DNA from: Octopus bimaculoides
Lineage: Eukaryota
Assembly: GCF_001194135.2 (NCBI RefSeq)
Contig: NC_068995.1
Span: 18,231,869-18,292,435 of the forward strand
Direction of reading: 5' to 3'
Length of the DNA stretch: 60,567 nt
In this document: piece by piece, positions 26,509 through 39,065 of the stretch
Position numbering within the stretch: position 1 is the first letter of the stretch
Layout: each line of letters begins with the position of its first letter
Position numbers and translations under genes: made by a program
Notes under the pieces: model-generated
The model's input: the letters and a program-made list of their open reading frames with translations, nothing else
Database searches by the model: none
Told to the model about the DNA's origin: nothing

Positions 26509-27299
26509 CTGAACGAAAAAAAATCCCTTTTTTTTCAGTAAATTATATCTTTCTGCCTCTTTTTAAACGAGCATCTTTTAGATGTAATGTCAGTTTTGAA
26601 TTCCAAATTCTTTTATCTGTACTTGAATACCAAAGGGAATCTCCATTACCTACATTAATTTTCTAGCCATTGTAAATATGCATATATGTAGCTTTTCTTA
26701 GGAACATTTCTCAGTGTCGCTTATAACGAGAGAATTATATTCATCCCGGACATCGTGCTACATATAACCATACAAGAAAACTTAGCTGGAACCTCAAGAA
26801 CTTCTGTCTATCCAATTTTAGTTAGGTGAACCAGAGGCACGTCAGTTGGTTGAACAATGAGTCACATAGGATACCACATTTATGTGATTATAATTCGAAC
26901 CCCACTAGGAGCATAAGCGTCGTGGGTTATGCATTTATATCAGAATGCAAAGTAGGCTGTGTACTCAGGTGGACTGGTTACTTGGCAACTTCCATACACA
27001 TATACGGTGATGAAACTGAGAGCTGTTAACTACATTTCTGAGGTCAACCGTTAACCCACATGTGGAAAGAGTCACAGAAGGTAACAGGTGACATGTTACA
27101 TCCCATCCTTCTCACAGTGTGAAATTTAACGAACCCAACGTTTTTTTCATATCCTCAAATAATTTATTATTTCATAACATGAGTACCATTGTTTGTTTTT
27201 TTTTTGCAATCATATCATGATATCTAAATTTACAACACCTACTGTGTATTATAGTTGTATCGAACTGGTTGGAGCTTACTAAATATAACATTGGTATTT

Positions 27300-27470
27300 C
27301 GTGAAGCGATGAACACTGGGTTTTCCAAGAGTTAACTACAACCGTAGTGTTTGCTCCAAGCGACCACGGAGTAGGGGGAGGTCAGCGGCAGATCACCACT
27401 GATTCGAGTGGAATTGAACCCGACACAATACGCATCATCAACCAGACACCCCTACCTACCAATCACTAGT
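27300..27470 (-). mobile_element. tRNA-derived SINE-like element, family C (single copy here)
   Basis: Minus strand TAGTGATTGGTAG (A-box-like) and GGTTCAATTCC (B box, 27420-27410) at tRNA-like spacing, followed by a GC-rich body unlike families A and B. Confidence 0.5.
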
Positions 27471-27757
27471 TTGCTTAAAAAGTACTCGCCATACTTAGCT
27501 TTCTACAGAATGTTAAATCAAAATTGCTGCCGTTTGCCTACATTGAGGCAATGCATACATACAGGCATACATACATACAGACAGTAGTACCATATATTAC
27601 ACAAGTGCCACAGTGAACATCGTAAAACAAAGCATTTCTATACATATGTACTCCTTCTCCAACTTAGTTCTCTCCTTTACTGGCTTCATATATCCAGAAT
27701 TTGAAAGATAAGATTAGCGACATGCTGAAATTGTCAGAGAGCTAGGATAAACCATAC

Positions 27758-27779
27758 TGTGCCTTTGAGTTCGATAACC
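27758..27779 (-). CDS. Candidate 22-nt micro-exon
   Basis: CATTTCCATCTCCGCTTTGGTACCTTATTCGCAG|GGTTATCGAACTCAAAGGCACA|GTATGG. Phase 1 to phase 2, compatible with the 26508 exon. Splice signals only. Confidence 0.2.
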
Positions 27780-28206
27780 CTGCGAATAAGGTACCAAAGC
27801 GGAGATGGAAATGATTATATTAACTAATAACATATGTCTTAATAAATTTAACGAATTAAGGATTTACTGCACACAACGAATGGGAGCTACTTAAGCTAGT
27901 AAATTACTGACTGTCCAATTGATACAGGAATGATAGCAATGCTATTAGTGTGGTTTTCTTATACTCAGTATTATCTAGGAAAACCCTATACACGAAATCT
28001 CCCACGTTCTTTTAACATTACACGAACTGCAATGTGAGCTGTGCACTTGATGCTGCTGCTTGAAAGTTTTTGTGAACACCTACGTCTTTTGCTTAAGGAT
28101 AAGTCACTTGAAGCAAATATTATAAACCTGACAATGCCGAACTCTAATTACCCTCGCGTCCTTTCAGGAACCGTAAAATAAATATCTGTAAAATAAATAT
28201 CTGTTG

Positions 28207-28420
28207 AATGCAGCGAGCTGGCAGAAACGTTAGCATGTCGGGCGAAATGCTTAGCGGTATTTCGTCTGTCTTTACGTTCTGAGTTGAAATGTCGCCGAGA
28301 TTGACTTTGCATTTCAGCCTTTCAGGATCGATGAATTAAGAACTAGTTGCGTACTGGGATCGATGTAATCAACTTGCCACCTCCCACAAAATTTCGGGCC
28401 TTGTGCCTTGAGTAGAAAAT
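28207..28420 (+). mobile_element. tRNA-derived SINE, family B, full length with 15-bp target-site duplication
   Basis: GCGAGCTGGCAGAAACGTTAGC...GAGTTGAAAT...ACTGGGATCGATGTAATC...GGGCCTTGTGCC...GTAGAAAA, flanked by AATAAATATCTGTTG at 28192-28206 and 28421-28435. Homologous copies at 32423-32690, 32994-33143, 45130-45329 and 58505-58660. Confidence 0.9.
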
Positions 28421-28893
28421 AATAAATATCTGTTGTGCCATGGTTCGATGTAGGCAATTTACCTTGCTCTTAAATTTCTGGCTTCGTACCAAAATTGAAA
28501 GCAATTTTATGATCTTTGTTGTTGTTGTTGTCACGCTGGCTTTAGAGGAAAATTACAAAAAGAGTACACGTGTGTGTGGTATGTCTTGCCTGTTTCACAC
28601 AATTAATCTGGTAGGTCGTTCATTTGTTCAACTGGCACGATACACATCGTTGTTGTCGACGAAGATCCAATGTGTGTGTGTAAACGCGTGTGTTATATGA
28701 CATTAAATATTTCTTGATAATTGTTATGTTTTCCTGTGTCTGATTATCATTCGCGTTCATTAAACTATATGCCGGTACGTTAATACACTTACACATTCAC
28801 ATTACTTCTTATGCTCTATGTTCATCTTTATATACATATGCGTATGTTTCTGTATGCTTGCAGGTGTGTGTGAATGCACGTGTATTTGAGGGA

Positions 28894-28938
<45 letters not shown>

Positions 28939-30277
28939 TGTGTATCTCACACAGTTTATCATTATCTTAGAGTCTTTATGTTGCTATAAACCCAAACAGA
29001 TAGCTGTCCAATAACACAGCTATAAATGTTATAAATGTAACACGGCTATAAATGTTAACTGTTAGGCTCGCGTAGAAATATTGAAGCTGTAATTAGAATA
29101 TTCGTTCGGAAGAAGCAAAACATCCTGGAGGGTGGAAAACATGCCATGTAAAATGAATAGCATTGGTAATCAGGTCTGACGCAGATTAGACTGTCTATTC
29201 ACATTACAAATTATTTTATCACTGGTAACCTATCATGTTGTTCATTCAGATTATTGCCATGGAAATGGCAAAGAATTGGTATCAAAGCCAATAATTGTTT
29301 GCGACCAGCACTTGCGCTAATCGATTGTGTTAGAAAACATGCAAAAATCGAAGAGTTTCCTCTAGCCATATATTACCAGTGAATTTCTTTATGGGAAAGT
29401 ATTAACTAGACTAGAAGCAAAGATATCTGTAAAGGCAAACAATTGTTTGACTGTTTTGAAGAGCTTCCGGGTTTTCGCAAATATTTATCGCCTGCATAGT
29501 TTGAAAAGAGTTAGCTCCTAAAAGTAGAGAAGCATGATGATATTTATAACCCTTGGTTGACAGAGGTCATGATGAAGAAAGAACTTATTCACAGTATATT
29601 TACACGGGTTCTATTATTCTTTCATTTCTAATTTAGGGTGTATTTAATTCCAGCCAAACAAATTACCAACAATCATCTGATGTTCGATGTTCAGTGACGT
29701 ATGTATACTTGTAACAGTGTGTATATTTCGTATTGTTTCTTAGTTCATTTGATATACAGACAATTACGTGTATATATCAAAGATATATGCGTGTATAGGT
29801 GTATGGGTATGTATCAAATGAACCTTATGCATGCATGAGTATATATATAACCAAGGCTGTATATAATATAGAACATTTATATATATATANNNNNNNNNNN
29901 NNNNNNNNNNNNNNNNNNNNNNNNNNNNNNNNNNNNNNNNNNNNNNNNNNNNNNNNNNNNNNNNNNNNNNNNNNNNNNNNNNNNNNNNNNNNNNNNNNNN
30001 NNNNNNNNNNNNNNNNNNNNNNNNNNNNNNNNNNNNNNNNNNNNNNNNNNNNNNNNNNNNNNNNNNNNNNNNNNNNNNNNNNNNNNNNNNNNNNNNNNNN
30101 NNNNNNNNNNNNNNNNNNNNNNNNNNNNNNNNNNNNNNNNNNNNNNNNNNNNNNNNNNNNNNNNNNNNNNNNNNNNNNNNNNNNNNNNNNNNNNNNNNNN
30201 NNNNNNNNNNNNNNNNNNNNNNNNNNNNNNNNNNNNNNNNNNNNNNNNNNNNNNNNNNNNNNNNNNNNNNNNNNNNN

Positions 30278-30315
<38 letters not shown>

Positions 30316-32422
30316 TGTATGTATGTATGTATGTATGTATGTGTATATTGGTAGTTGTAGTGTACTACGGTCCTCCACAGGGAACCAAAATGATCTGTTA
30401 TAAGCGAATCGGTGAATAAGAAAGGATGTACATTTTGACAACTCACATGAGGGGAAATATCTGCACGTGATGTATCACCACTGTTTGTACTGCATCTCCC
30501 TTACGAGGTACAGTTGCACGATGGATCATAATGAATACAGTTTCGTGAATTCCTTTACCTATCATATTTCTGTAAACCGTACGGATACAAAGAGATTCCT
30601 GAAGTAAATCCAGTCGCATATACTTTTGTACTGTTGTGGACGTCAGGTAACCGAATACAATGAACGGACTTTAAAAGGCATACTACATGGTGTTTATTAG
30701 CGATAGAGGCATCATTAATACCGAGGAGCAATATTTATGGTTAATAGATATTTATTAGCCGCCGAGGCAGTATTAATACCTGGAGGTAATATTTATTCCC
30801 ACTATACTACGGAAGTTACCATGAGACAAACTCTCATACTGGCAGTTTGTGAAAAATATACTCTTGTTTATATCGCTAGTGAAGAGATACATCCCTACCA
30901 CATCCAGCGGCGAGACCACTAAGCCATGTGGTTCCTTCTTTTTTTTCAAGTTTAACGGCTAACCGTGACACAAGCCCCACTTCTGGCACTGGTATTCGAT
31001 ATATCGCTGGCGGAAAGATGAATCACTGCTACCTCTAGCTGTAGAGCGTCCATCATTGACAAGACCAAGCAAGGTCGAAATCACGTGTCGTAACAGTCTC
31101 CTTGCTAGCGATATAAAAAAGACTGCATGCTGCACCGAAAGCCAGCATGGGATTCTCTCATGGTAACTAACGCAGCATCTTAAGATCTGTTCTAAGATAT
31201 ATCAGCCTACAGATTTCAGTCGAACCATTGCCATTTTTATGATATAGACTGGAACAGGCTTTAAGATGCTTACACAAAGATGCTAAAACTGCGAAGAAAT
31301 TCAAAACGCGAATTAAATAACTTAATATCCAATGCACAGATTGATGACGATGACGGATAGATGTCCTCAACTGCATATTTTTATCCTAACTAACCTGCTA
31401 AATATATTCCTTGTTTTCATTCCACTACCCGCATAATAAATACAACTACGGACATTTCTGAATAACTAAGAAAAATGATATGTAACTGCCTCACCCTAAA
31501 ATAAAATACATTACAGGAACTATACTTGTAATTAAGCTTATTAAGAAACCATCAAGTACAATACACAAAATAAGCCTACTAATATAGTAGATTAAACTTT
31601 GACCTAATTAGATAGAATCCCGACTTCGACCAGCAACTGGTGTAAATCTGAGGCCATAGAATTTTACGACCATATCAGATTTCAGATTCAAATTAACCTC
31701 CACTCGCTTCCTCCTGAATCCTAACTACTCAAGAAATAACTGAATTATGTTGGCCTCGTTGAAAGAGACTGAAAGAGTTGGTTGAAAGGGCCTGAACGAA
31801 GCTACACAGGAAATTATGCACTTTTGTGTGCAACTCATCGTACTCTGTGCAGGAGAAAGACGTATGGGTTGTCGGAACTATAAGAATATGGTATATGGCA
31901 AACAGTAGAATAAAAGGAAATAAATTGTGAGGATGTACCTATCTCCGTATTCTCTATCATTATAATTATTGTAAATATACTCTCCAGATGATATTGCAAT
32001 CCAGTGAATCGAACACAGAATTACCCATCGGAGGAATTACAACACAAAGTAGACATAGGCGTTAAATACCAATTCATGCGGCTAGCTGTAACCTGGAACA
32101 TAACTAAGAGAAATAGACATAAACATAGTAATCTATAGAAAATGAAAATATACAAATGTATAATTTATCGGAAGCAGATGTTTCAAAAATCGTTTCTCAG
32201 AAGTTTTTGATGCCGATCGAGAAAAAATACAATAATTAAATAGTACGCAGAAAATTTTAACTCGCATCGTTGTTTAGTGTTTAAAACCCGAAAACTGAAA
32301 AGAAATTTGAAATGAGACAAAAGATTTTGGAGCTATAAAAATAAGTAACCATAGGGGCTATAAAAATAAGTAACCAATAGTTTCAAATTCTAGAACCAGT
32401 CCAGAAAAAGAAATAACCCGAT

Positions 32423-32580
32423 TATCTTAACACCAGTGCTCAACTGCACCCTCTCTTCTTTTATCAAACCCGAAGGGATGATGCAGCAGAGTTGACGTCC
32501 GCGAAATTTGAACTTGCGGACCTGTAAACAATGCCACGTGGTATGATATCGGACTTGCTAACGATTCTGCCAGTTTGCAG
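32423..32580 (-). mobile_element. SINE family B, 5' portion
   Basis: The reverse complement begins GGCTGCAAACTGGCAGAATCGTTAGCAAG and ends ...CCCTTCGGGTTTGATAAA...CAGTTGAGCACTGG, matching the 28207 copy. Confidence 0.8.
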
Positions 32581-32609
32581 CCTTTTGATGATGCATGGTA
32601 TAAAAGAAA

Positions 32610-32690
32610 TATATTCTTTTCTTCTCTAGGCACAAGGTTCAAATTTTTTGGGGAGGGTGCCACTAGATTAGATCGATCCCAGGACGCAGT
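32610..32690 (-). mobile_element. SINE family B, 3' portion
   Basis: Reverse complement CTGGGATCGATCTAATC...CCCTCCCAAAAAATTTGAACCTTGTGCCTAGAGAAGAAAAGAATAT matches the 3' end of the 28207 copy. Confidence 0.8.
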
Positions 32691-32780
32691 AAGAATGAAA
32701 CAATGCATCAAACTTTAGAAATATAGTGAAACCTATATTGGTAATGTTTTGTCAGAAGTGTGTTTGTTTTGCCTTAGAAT

Positions 32781-32944
32781 CAGTGGTGTAACTAATGCGT
32801 GTGACACCCGAGGAAGTACTTGAGATTGCCACCTACTGGCACGCCTACATTCTGTAACAGGCTTATACAGTAGCCCGCAAAATTTCGTCATACTGAACGC
32901 ATCCCCAACGCCTCTTCACAACCCTCTCTCTAGTTATGCGACTG
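32781..32944. mobile_element. 164-bp MITE with imperfect 14-bp terminal inverted repeats (hAT-like termini)
   Basis: Left end CAGTGGTGTAACTA; right end TAGTTATGCGACTG (reverse complement CAGTCGCATAACTA, 11/14 identical). No coding capacity. The 8-bp flanks match at only 4/8, so no clear TSD. Confidence 0.6.
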
Positions 32945-32993
32945 CTCAAGCTACAGACTTGATATCCATTTCTGGTTGATAATTACTCCGATA

Positions 32994-33143
32994 TTTACGT
33001 CCTGAGTTCAAATTTCGCCAAGGTCGACTTTGACTTTCATTCTTTCGGGGTCAATAAAATATGTACTAAGTGATGACCGGGGTTGATGTAATCGATTTAC
33101 TACCTGCCCCAAACTTGCTGGCCTTGTGCCGAAATTTGAAATC
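32994..33143 (+). mobile_element. SINE family B, 5'-truncated
   Basis: TTTACGTCCTGAGTTCAAATTTCGCCAAGGTCGACTTTG...GGGGTTGATGTAATCGA...GGCCTTGTGCC aligns with the 28207 copy. Confidence 0.85.
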
Positions 33144-34715
33144 TGTGATTACTCCGGATAATATTCAATTTCTTCTCTCTGTAAATGATAGAGTATATCC
33201 TTTCTTAAAAAACGTTAGGTATTGTAGCGAAACTTTGTTGCTATTTTCAGCATGTTCTGTGACCAAATAGAGCCTCCTACTTCGGTTCGTTGTCATAAGC
33301 GTATTAACATTCTACAACTTAATTGAAGTACTTGTACATGTGTGTGTGAGAGAGATTCTATGTTTATGTCTGTGTGCGTGATTTTAATTATTGATTTAGA
33401 CTTTTCGTTGTATTTCATGTTAGTGAGGCCATTCTACACGTCACAACTTGAAATAATGAAATCAAGATGGACAACACTAACGACAAGAAGATGAACAAGA
33501 AAAAAAAATACTTAAAGGAATAAAACATCATCAATTCTTTGCCTAATCTAATTAAAAAAGACGCATTTATCATTGATATTTTGTGTTGTAATCAACTCAC
33601 GAATTTCCTATCCCCGAAATTTTAATTAATACTTTCAGGCTGGTCGATGCGATATTTAAATGTGATTTTCATTTACCATACGTGAGAGTAATATACGTAT
33701 TTCTTCCTTACTAAATTTGTTCATGATTTTCTCAACACTACAAACATTCCTTAAATTAAAAATTTTGAAACGTATATTGAATAATGCTGACTGTAATAAT
33801 ACATATATTAAATATGCATTCCTCTTGACAAAAATTCTTGCATACCACCATACATAAGTCCATAATTACATGCACACACACACACACACACATACACACA
33901 CCCAGATACACACACACACAACCATACACACACACACACACATATATACACACACGCACAAACACACATATATATATACTCTCGTGTAGCTGAGGACAAC
34001 ATGGCAGAATCCCAAATACCTGCTGAATCGTGCGACTACGACAATATTTGAAATGAGAGTGACATATATCGGAGTACATAGCTGTCATACCAGCATCTAT
34101 TATTAAATTGCTGAGAAACCAACGTAAAATCCTACAGACACTCATAAATATGTGCGCTAGGGAAAACCCAACCTCACACACACACATACAGACAGGCACA
34201 GAAATACCCATTTATCGTAATATTCATCCCAACAAACAACGCATTCTGTTGTTTCTAAAGGAGATGCCAGTAAAAAAAAGAAACAAAAAGAAGAATAGCT
34301 GTTTGAATGAAAATATTACCACCTACAGTCGATCCTGGTAAAACTGAAGCAAAATTGTAGTAAAGAGTTGAAAATAATCATGAGTCATACCTGTAAGAAT
34401 TGTTCTGTTTTTACCATGATTTTAGTTGTGTACTTCTATTTTTATAATTTCAAGATATTTCTGGTTGCATGCATGTTTGAGATATGTATATATGCGTGTT
34501 TATATNNNNNNNNNNNNNNNNNNNNNNNNNNNNNNNNNNNNNNNNNNNNNNNNNNNNNNNNNNNNNNNNNNNNNNNNNNNNNNNNNNNNNNNNNNNNNNN
34601 NNNNNNNNNNNNNNNNNNNNNNNNNNNNNNNNNNNNNNNNNNNNNNNNNNNNNNNNNNNNNNNNNNNNNNNNNNNNNNNNNNNNNNNNNNNNNNNNNNNN
34701 NNATATATATATATT

Positions 34716-34750
<35 letters not shown>

Positions 34751-34770
34751 CTGTATATGTAGGTAAATAT

Positions 34771-35095
34771 ATGGTTATGGTTTCATTCTTACAGCGTGGC
34801 ACCTTGGGCAAGTGTTTTCTAATGTAGCCCCGGGCCGGCCAAGCTGTTGTTAATGGATTTGTTTGATAGAAACTCGTTGATAGGAACTGTGTGCATGTCA
34901 TGGAGACTGTGTTTGTCCTCCACCACCTTCAATTTTTGCATGTTTAAATCTCTAATTTGTCTGTTCGGTTCGCTAGCAGTAGAGTAAGCACTGGGCTGGT
35001 CAAACATTTATGCACTGGGATCGATTTGTCGACTAAAAGCTTTGAATGGAGTGCTCCAGCATTGCCGCAGTCAATGGCTAAAACAATTGAGAGAT
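34771..35095 (+). mobile_element. SINE family A (CORE-like), diverged, 5'-truncated
   Basis: GCGTGGCACCTTGGGCAAGTGTTTTCTAATGTAGCCCCGGGCCGGCCAAG and 3' part ACTGGGATCGATTTGTCGACTAAA...GTGCTCCAGCATTGCCGCAGTCAA match the 51487-51875 copy. Confidence 0.85.
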
Positions 35096-36902
35096 AAACG
35101 AAGGTAAATATGCAATATGCCAGAATGCCCATGCATAATTTTATTGCACATGTATTCGACTTCACCGGGTTTGCGCATGCAGTTCCTCTATCACCACGGC
35201 GGCCACTAACTCCACCGGGTATCGGAAAGTTGCTTTGCCGGCGATTGCACAACCTTAAACTGGTGGTTCAAGGAGGCTTGCAAAGCAACTCAGGGACCCT
35301 CCCCATCCTGCTGATATGACCCAAAGACATGCCAGGGCAAGATCTTCAACCTTCTATTGGTTGTATTCTCAGGAATACAACCAATGAACTCAAGAAGGAA
35401 GCAAAGGCTCCTTAGAATGTTTTATGACATTTCCTGCATATCTGGTTTCGTATCAGAGTGATATTCTCTGAGAGACGTGCTTTAACAAATGCTGAATAGC
35501 TCGCCTCAATTCCAATGGTCTTCCCGCATACCAGACACTAGTGGGAGTTGCACGAAACAAAAGACAATATGTAAAAGAATGTCAACTATAATACTCCTGG
35601 TAACATGGCTGCTCGGTCAGGGTTGAGATTAGGATAATAAACTTACGTATCATATTCACTTAAATCAGAAGCAAGGAACAAACTGATTAGTTAAACAGTT
35701 AAGAACTATTGTTGACAAAGTTAATTTATAAATTCTTCACATATCATAGTATGTGAATTATTAATATTGAATTGGACCGTATTTGCAGAGCATGTTACCA
35801 ATTTTATACTTATCTCCCGATATGATCCTTTGTATACAACATATAAATGCATGATTATTATCTTACTACTTCTATTTATTAATATTCATCTTCATCTATT
35901 ATCAGTGATCCACCTTTGTTTCAGTAAGTGACGTTAACCTCTTAAGGTTATCCAGTCAAATCTCTAGAACGTATTGCAATATTTTAAAAATCATTCATGA
36001 TTTATGACACGAGACAGTGATAGACCACTTACTACCATAGCTCATCTTACTCGACATAGCAGCAAATTCTCATTCAAAATCTAAACTTAGCGTTTATAAA
36101 AACGAGTACACGTAGTGGGAAATTGCCCAAGGTGGTCAATACAGGAATAGCTTTCATTATAAATATCCTCGATCAAAATTGTCCTATGACTAAATAGCAA
36201 TACGTCACAAGAGTGTATTCCAATGAAGTCTAGGGTCTATGTACATTTGAAAGTTCTTTGCCAAAATTGTGAATCCAGAAATGCTTTGTATTGCCATGTA
36301 TTGGATTAGAAATATACGTAGAGGACGAAGGACTTGAAATAACGTGAGATGACATGGGATTGTATGTTCAGAAAATAGATGAAAAAATCAATGTAGGGGA
36401 TAACGAGTTGTACAACCGTCTGATAACTTAACAGACTAAATCCATTGTACTTTTGTGCTGTATAATTAATGTTATATTTTCTCAATACATTTCTAGGGAA
36501 GAGATAGCAGGCATATCTTGACAAGAAATATATATATATATATATATGATTTAAACTTTGATGAATCGAATGGATTGAGGATACGAAGCTATGTGCGTCA
36601 ATGTGATTTCTGGAAAGGCTTTAATTTTTAGCAGTCTTACTAAATCTAGCGGAAGAAAAGTCTTCCACAAATCAGATCGCTTAATCTCATAGAATAATAC
36701 TTTTTATAGAGATCAGAGAAATATGATCATTAATCTTTGTAGCAAGCTATCCATAAAGAACACTACTTCTTATGCCATCGATAATATAAAGATAATTTTA
36801 AGAATCTGAACGAGAGAATAGGGGTAATATAAAAAATGTCATCAAAATTAAAACAAGTTGTTGTAGATCCAGGGAAGATAAGAATGCAAGAAAGTAAAGT
36901 TG

Positions 36903-36936
<34 letters not shown>

Positions 36937-37153
36937 GAAAAGCATACGAATAACAGTAACAACGTTATTCATATTAGGTTGTTCAGGTTAGCTTCTTTCT
37001 GTATGATGATTGAAATGACGACATTGCAGAAGCAACCCACAGTGATTAGAAAAGTTTGTATATATAGTGTATATGTGTGTTTATCCGTGTGTGTTCAGCA
37101 AAAATGTTGTTGACAGCGATTTCGAAGTTCCAGTCAGCTAAGCAATCGTCGGT

Positions 37154-37206
<53 letters not shown>

Positions 37207-37334
37207 ATATGTATGCGTGTGTGTGTGTACTAAGAAAATTCTATACATCACTTCAAACAATCCATACATATGTCTGAGTATGTACGTATGCGTTCATGTA
37301 CGGGTGCTCCTATATCACCCTTTATGCATCTCCA

Positions 37335-37375
<41 letters not shown>

Positions 37376-37426
37376 ATATGATTGCGTGTAAGTGTGTGCG
37401 TATGCGCGTCAGTGTGTGTGTGTGTA

Positions 37427-37495
<69 letters not shown>

Positions 37496-39007
37496 GAGAG
37501 AGATAGAGAGAGTCTGTATAGAGATAGATAATTATATACTGGTAGATATTGTTAGAAATATCTGTTTTCCTATGTACCACTGTATTTATGTTATTTATTT
37601 ATGTACGCATGTCTGTATATGTGTGATGTTTTTGAAACAGTGAGTTTCTTTGAATGTATGCATATATAGAAATAATGTTATAAAACATACACACATGCAT
37701 GTGTTTCTATTCAGGAAACGAGATTTTTGTTGTACCTAACTAATCAAAATGTGATTGAGCTATGTCTAGCGATGCATAACAGTTTAATCCTATTTCAGTC
37801 CGAAAGCCAACAAAACGAAGTGAAATCTGGTCGAAATTGTTTTTCACTGTAAATGATTAACAGTCATATCAAATCAATATTGTTATGGTATTCTATACGA
37901 CATTATTTTTCATAGATATTTACATCATTTACTATATAGCTGAAAAATATCACACGCAGTGAGCAAATAATCATAGAGAAGTAGAGAAGAGAAAAAAACA
38001 CGAAGAATGACAGAGACATAGAAATAGGATGTGAAAGATAGGGAAAAAAATACAATAGGAATAACGTAGCATTCAAGCAAAGAAGATGCGGATCTGCTGA
38101 ATAGCATATAAACTTCAACGAAATGAACACGTAGACGGCGCTTGTTTGAAAACTGTCAGGAGATTGTGAAATGGTCTGTTGTGTTCTTTCGGTCAATCGC
38201 TTTTCCAAAATAAACCATCTCTAACAAGTCAATCACTGGGGACCTGTTTTTATTCTGGGAATATTTGGGATATAATGATTATTTTTTTTCTCAGTCAACA
38301 CCATCGATTATGGATGAAAAGCAAAAATCCTAACAGAAAAGACAAGTCAACTTCTGGTCATGTTTCATTATTTTTTTCATGAATTGTGATGAATTATGTC
38401 TATGTGAGAATTGAATACAGCATATGTATGTATATATATACGTATATATATATACATTCANNNNNNNNNNNNNNNNNNNNNNNNNNNNNNNNNNNNNNNN
38501 NNNNNNNNNNNNNNNNNNNNNNNNNNNNNNNNNNNNNNNNNNNNNNNNNNNNNNNNNNNNNNNNNNNNNNNNNNNNNNNNNNNNNNNNNNNNNNNNNNTA
38601 TATATATATATATATATATATATCGACACACGATATTTTTTGTGTTTGTACGTGTATTTTTGTATGTTTTGTATGCTTAGGTGTACGCATGTTAATATAC
38701 GTGCGTGTGCTGCTGTATTTACGTTTCTATGTGTTTTTAGGGGACTTTTTGTGTTCATATGTTCACACAATTTCCTTGACGTGTGAACAAAACCGTCGCA
38801 AATATCAATATGTTTTTTCACTTACTATTTATAAACTTTTCCTCCATTTATTATTAAAGTTATTTCTCAGCTGTGATTATTTTTGGCACATTCTTTCACC
38901 ATCAATATCAACGTGGATGTCGTTGATGGTGGCGACTGCAGTGATCACATTTACTTAAAGGTAGTGTTCTCAGAGGACCATATATTTAATTTTTTTTCTT
39001 CTTACAG

Positions 39008-39065
39008 CAGGGATTATTATGTTTCGTACAACACAACTCCAATAATTGCATTAATATATTTCAAG
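39008..39065 (+). CDS. Candidate internal exon (plus strand) with tandem NAGNAG acceptor
   Basis: TTTTTTTTCTTCTTACAG(CAG)|GGATTATT...TTCAAG|GTAAGT has near-consensus acceptor and donor. Two open frames: GLLCFVQHNSNNCINIFQ or DYYVSYNTTPIIALIYFK. No homology recognised. Confidence 0.3.

Noticed and set aside
29253-29271. X-box (RFX)-like ATTGCCATGGAAAT within a 7-bp hairpin
   Set aside because: Deviates from the GTNRCC...RGYAAC consensus at both ends, and no TSS is known nearby.
31265-31360. DAYTKML resembling an RTE LINE C-terminal motif
   Set aside because: Five-residue similarity with no flanking motifs.
28980-32376. Short direct repeats considered as a CRISPR-like array
   Set aside because: Only pairs, no regular unique spacers, no cas genes, and the context is eukaryotic.
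34001-34051. Small ORF MAESQIPAESCDYDNI* with good Kozak context
   Set aside because: 16 codons with no promoter, splice or homology support.
38871-39007. Exon 38871-38960 plus a 47-50-nt intron before the 39008 exon (ORF 38883-39077)
   Set aside because: All three frames from the only good acceptor hit stops before the donor, and the intron would be unusually short.
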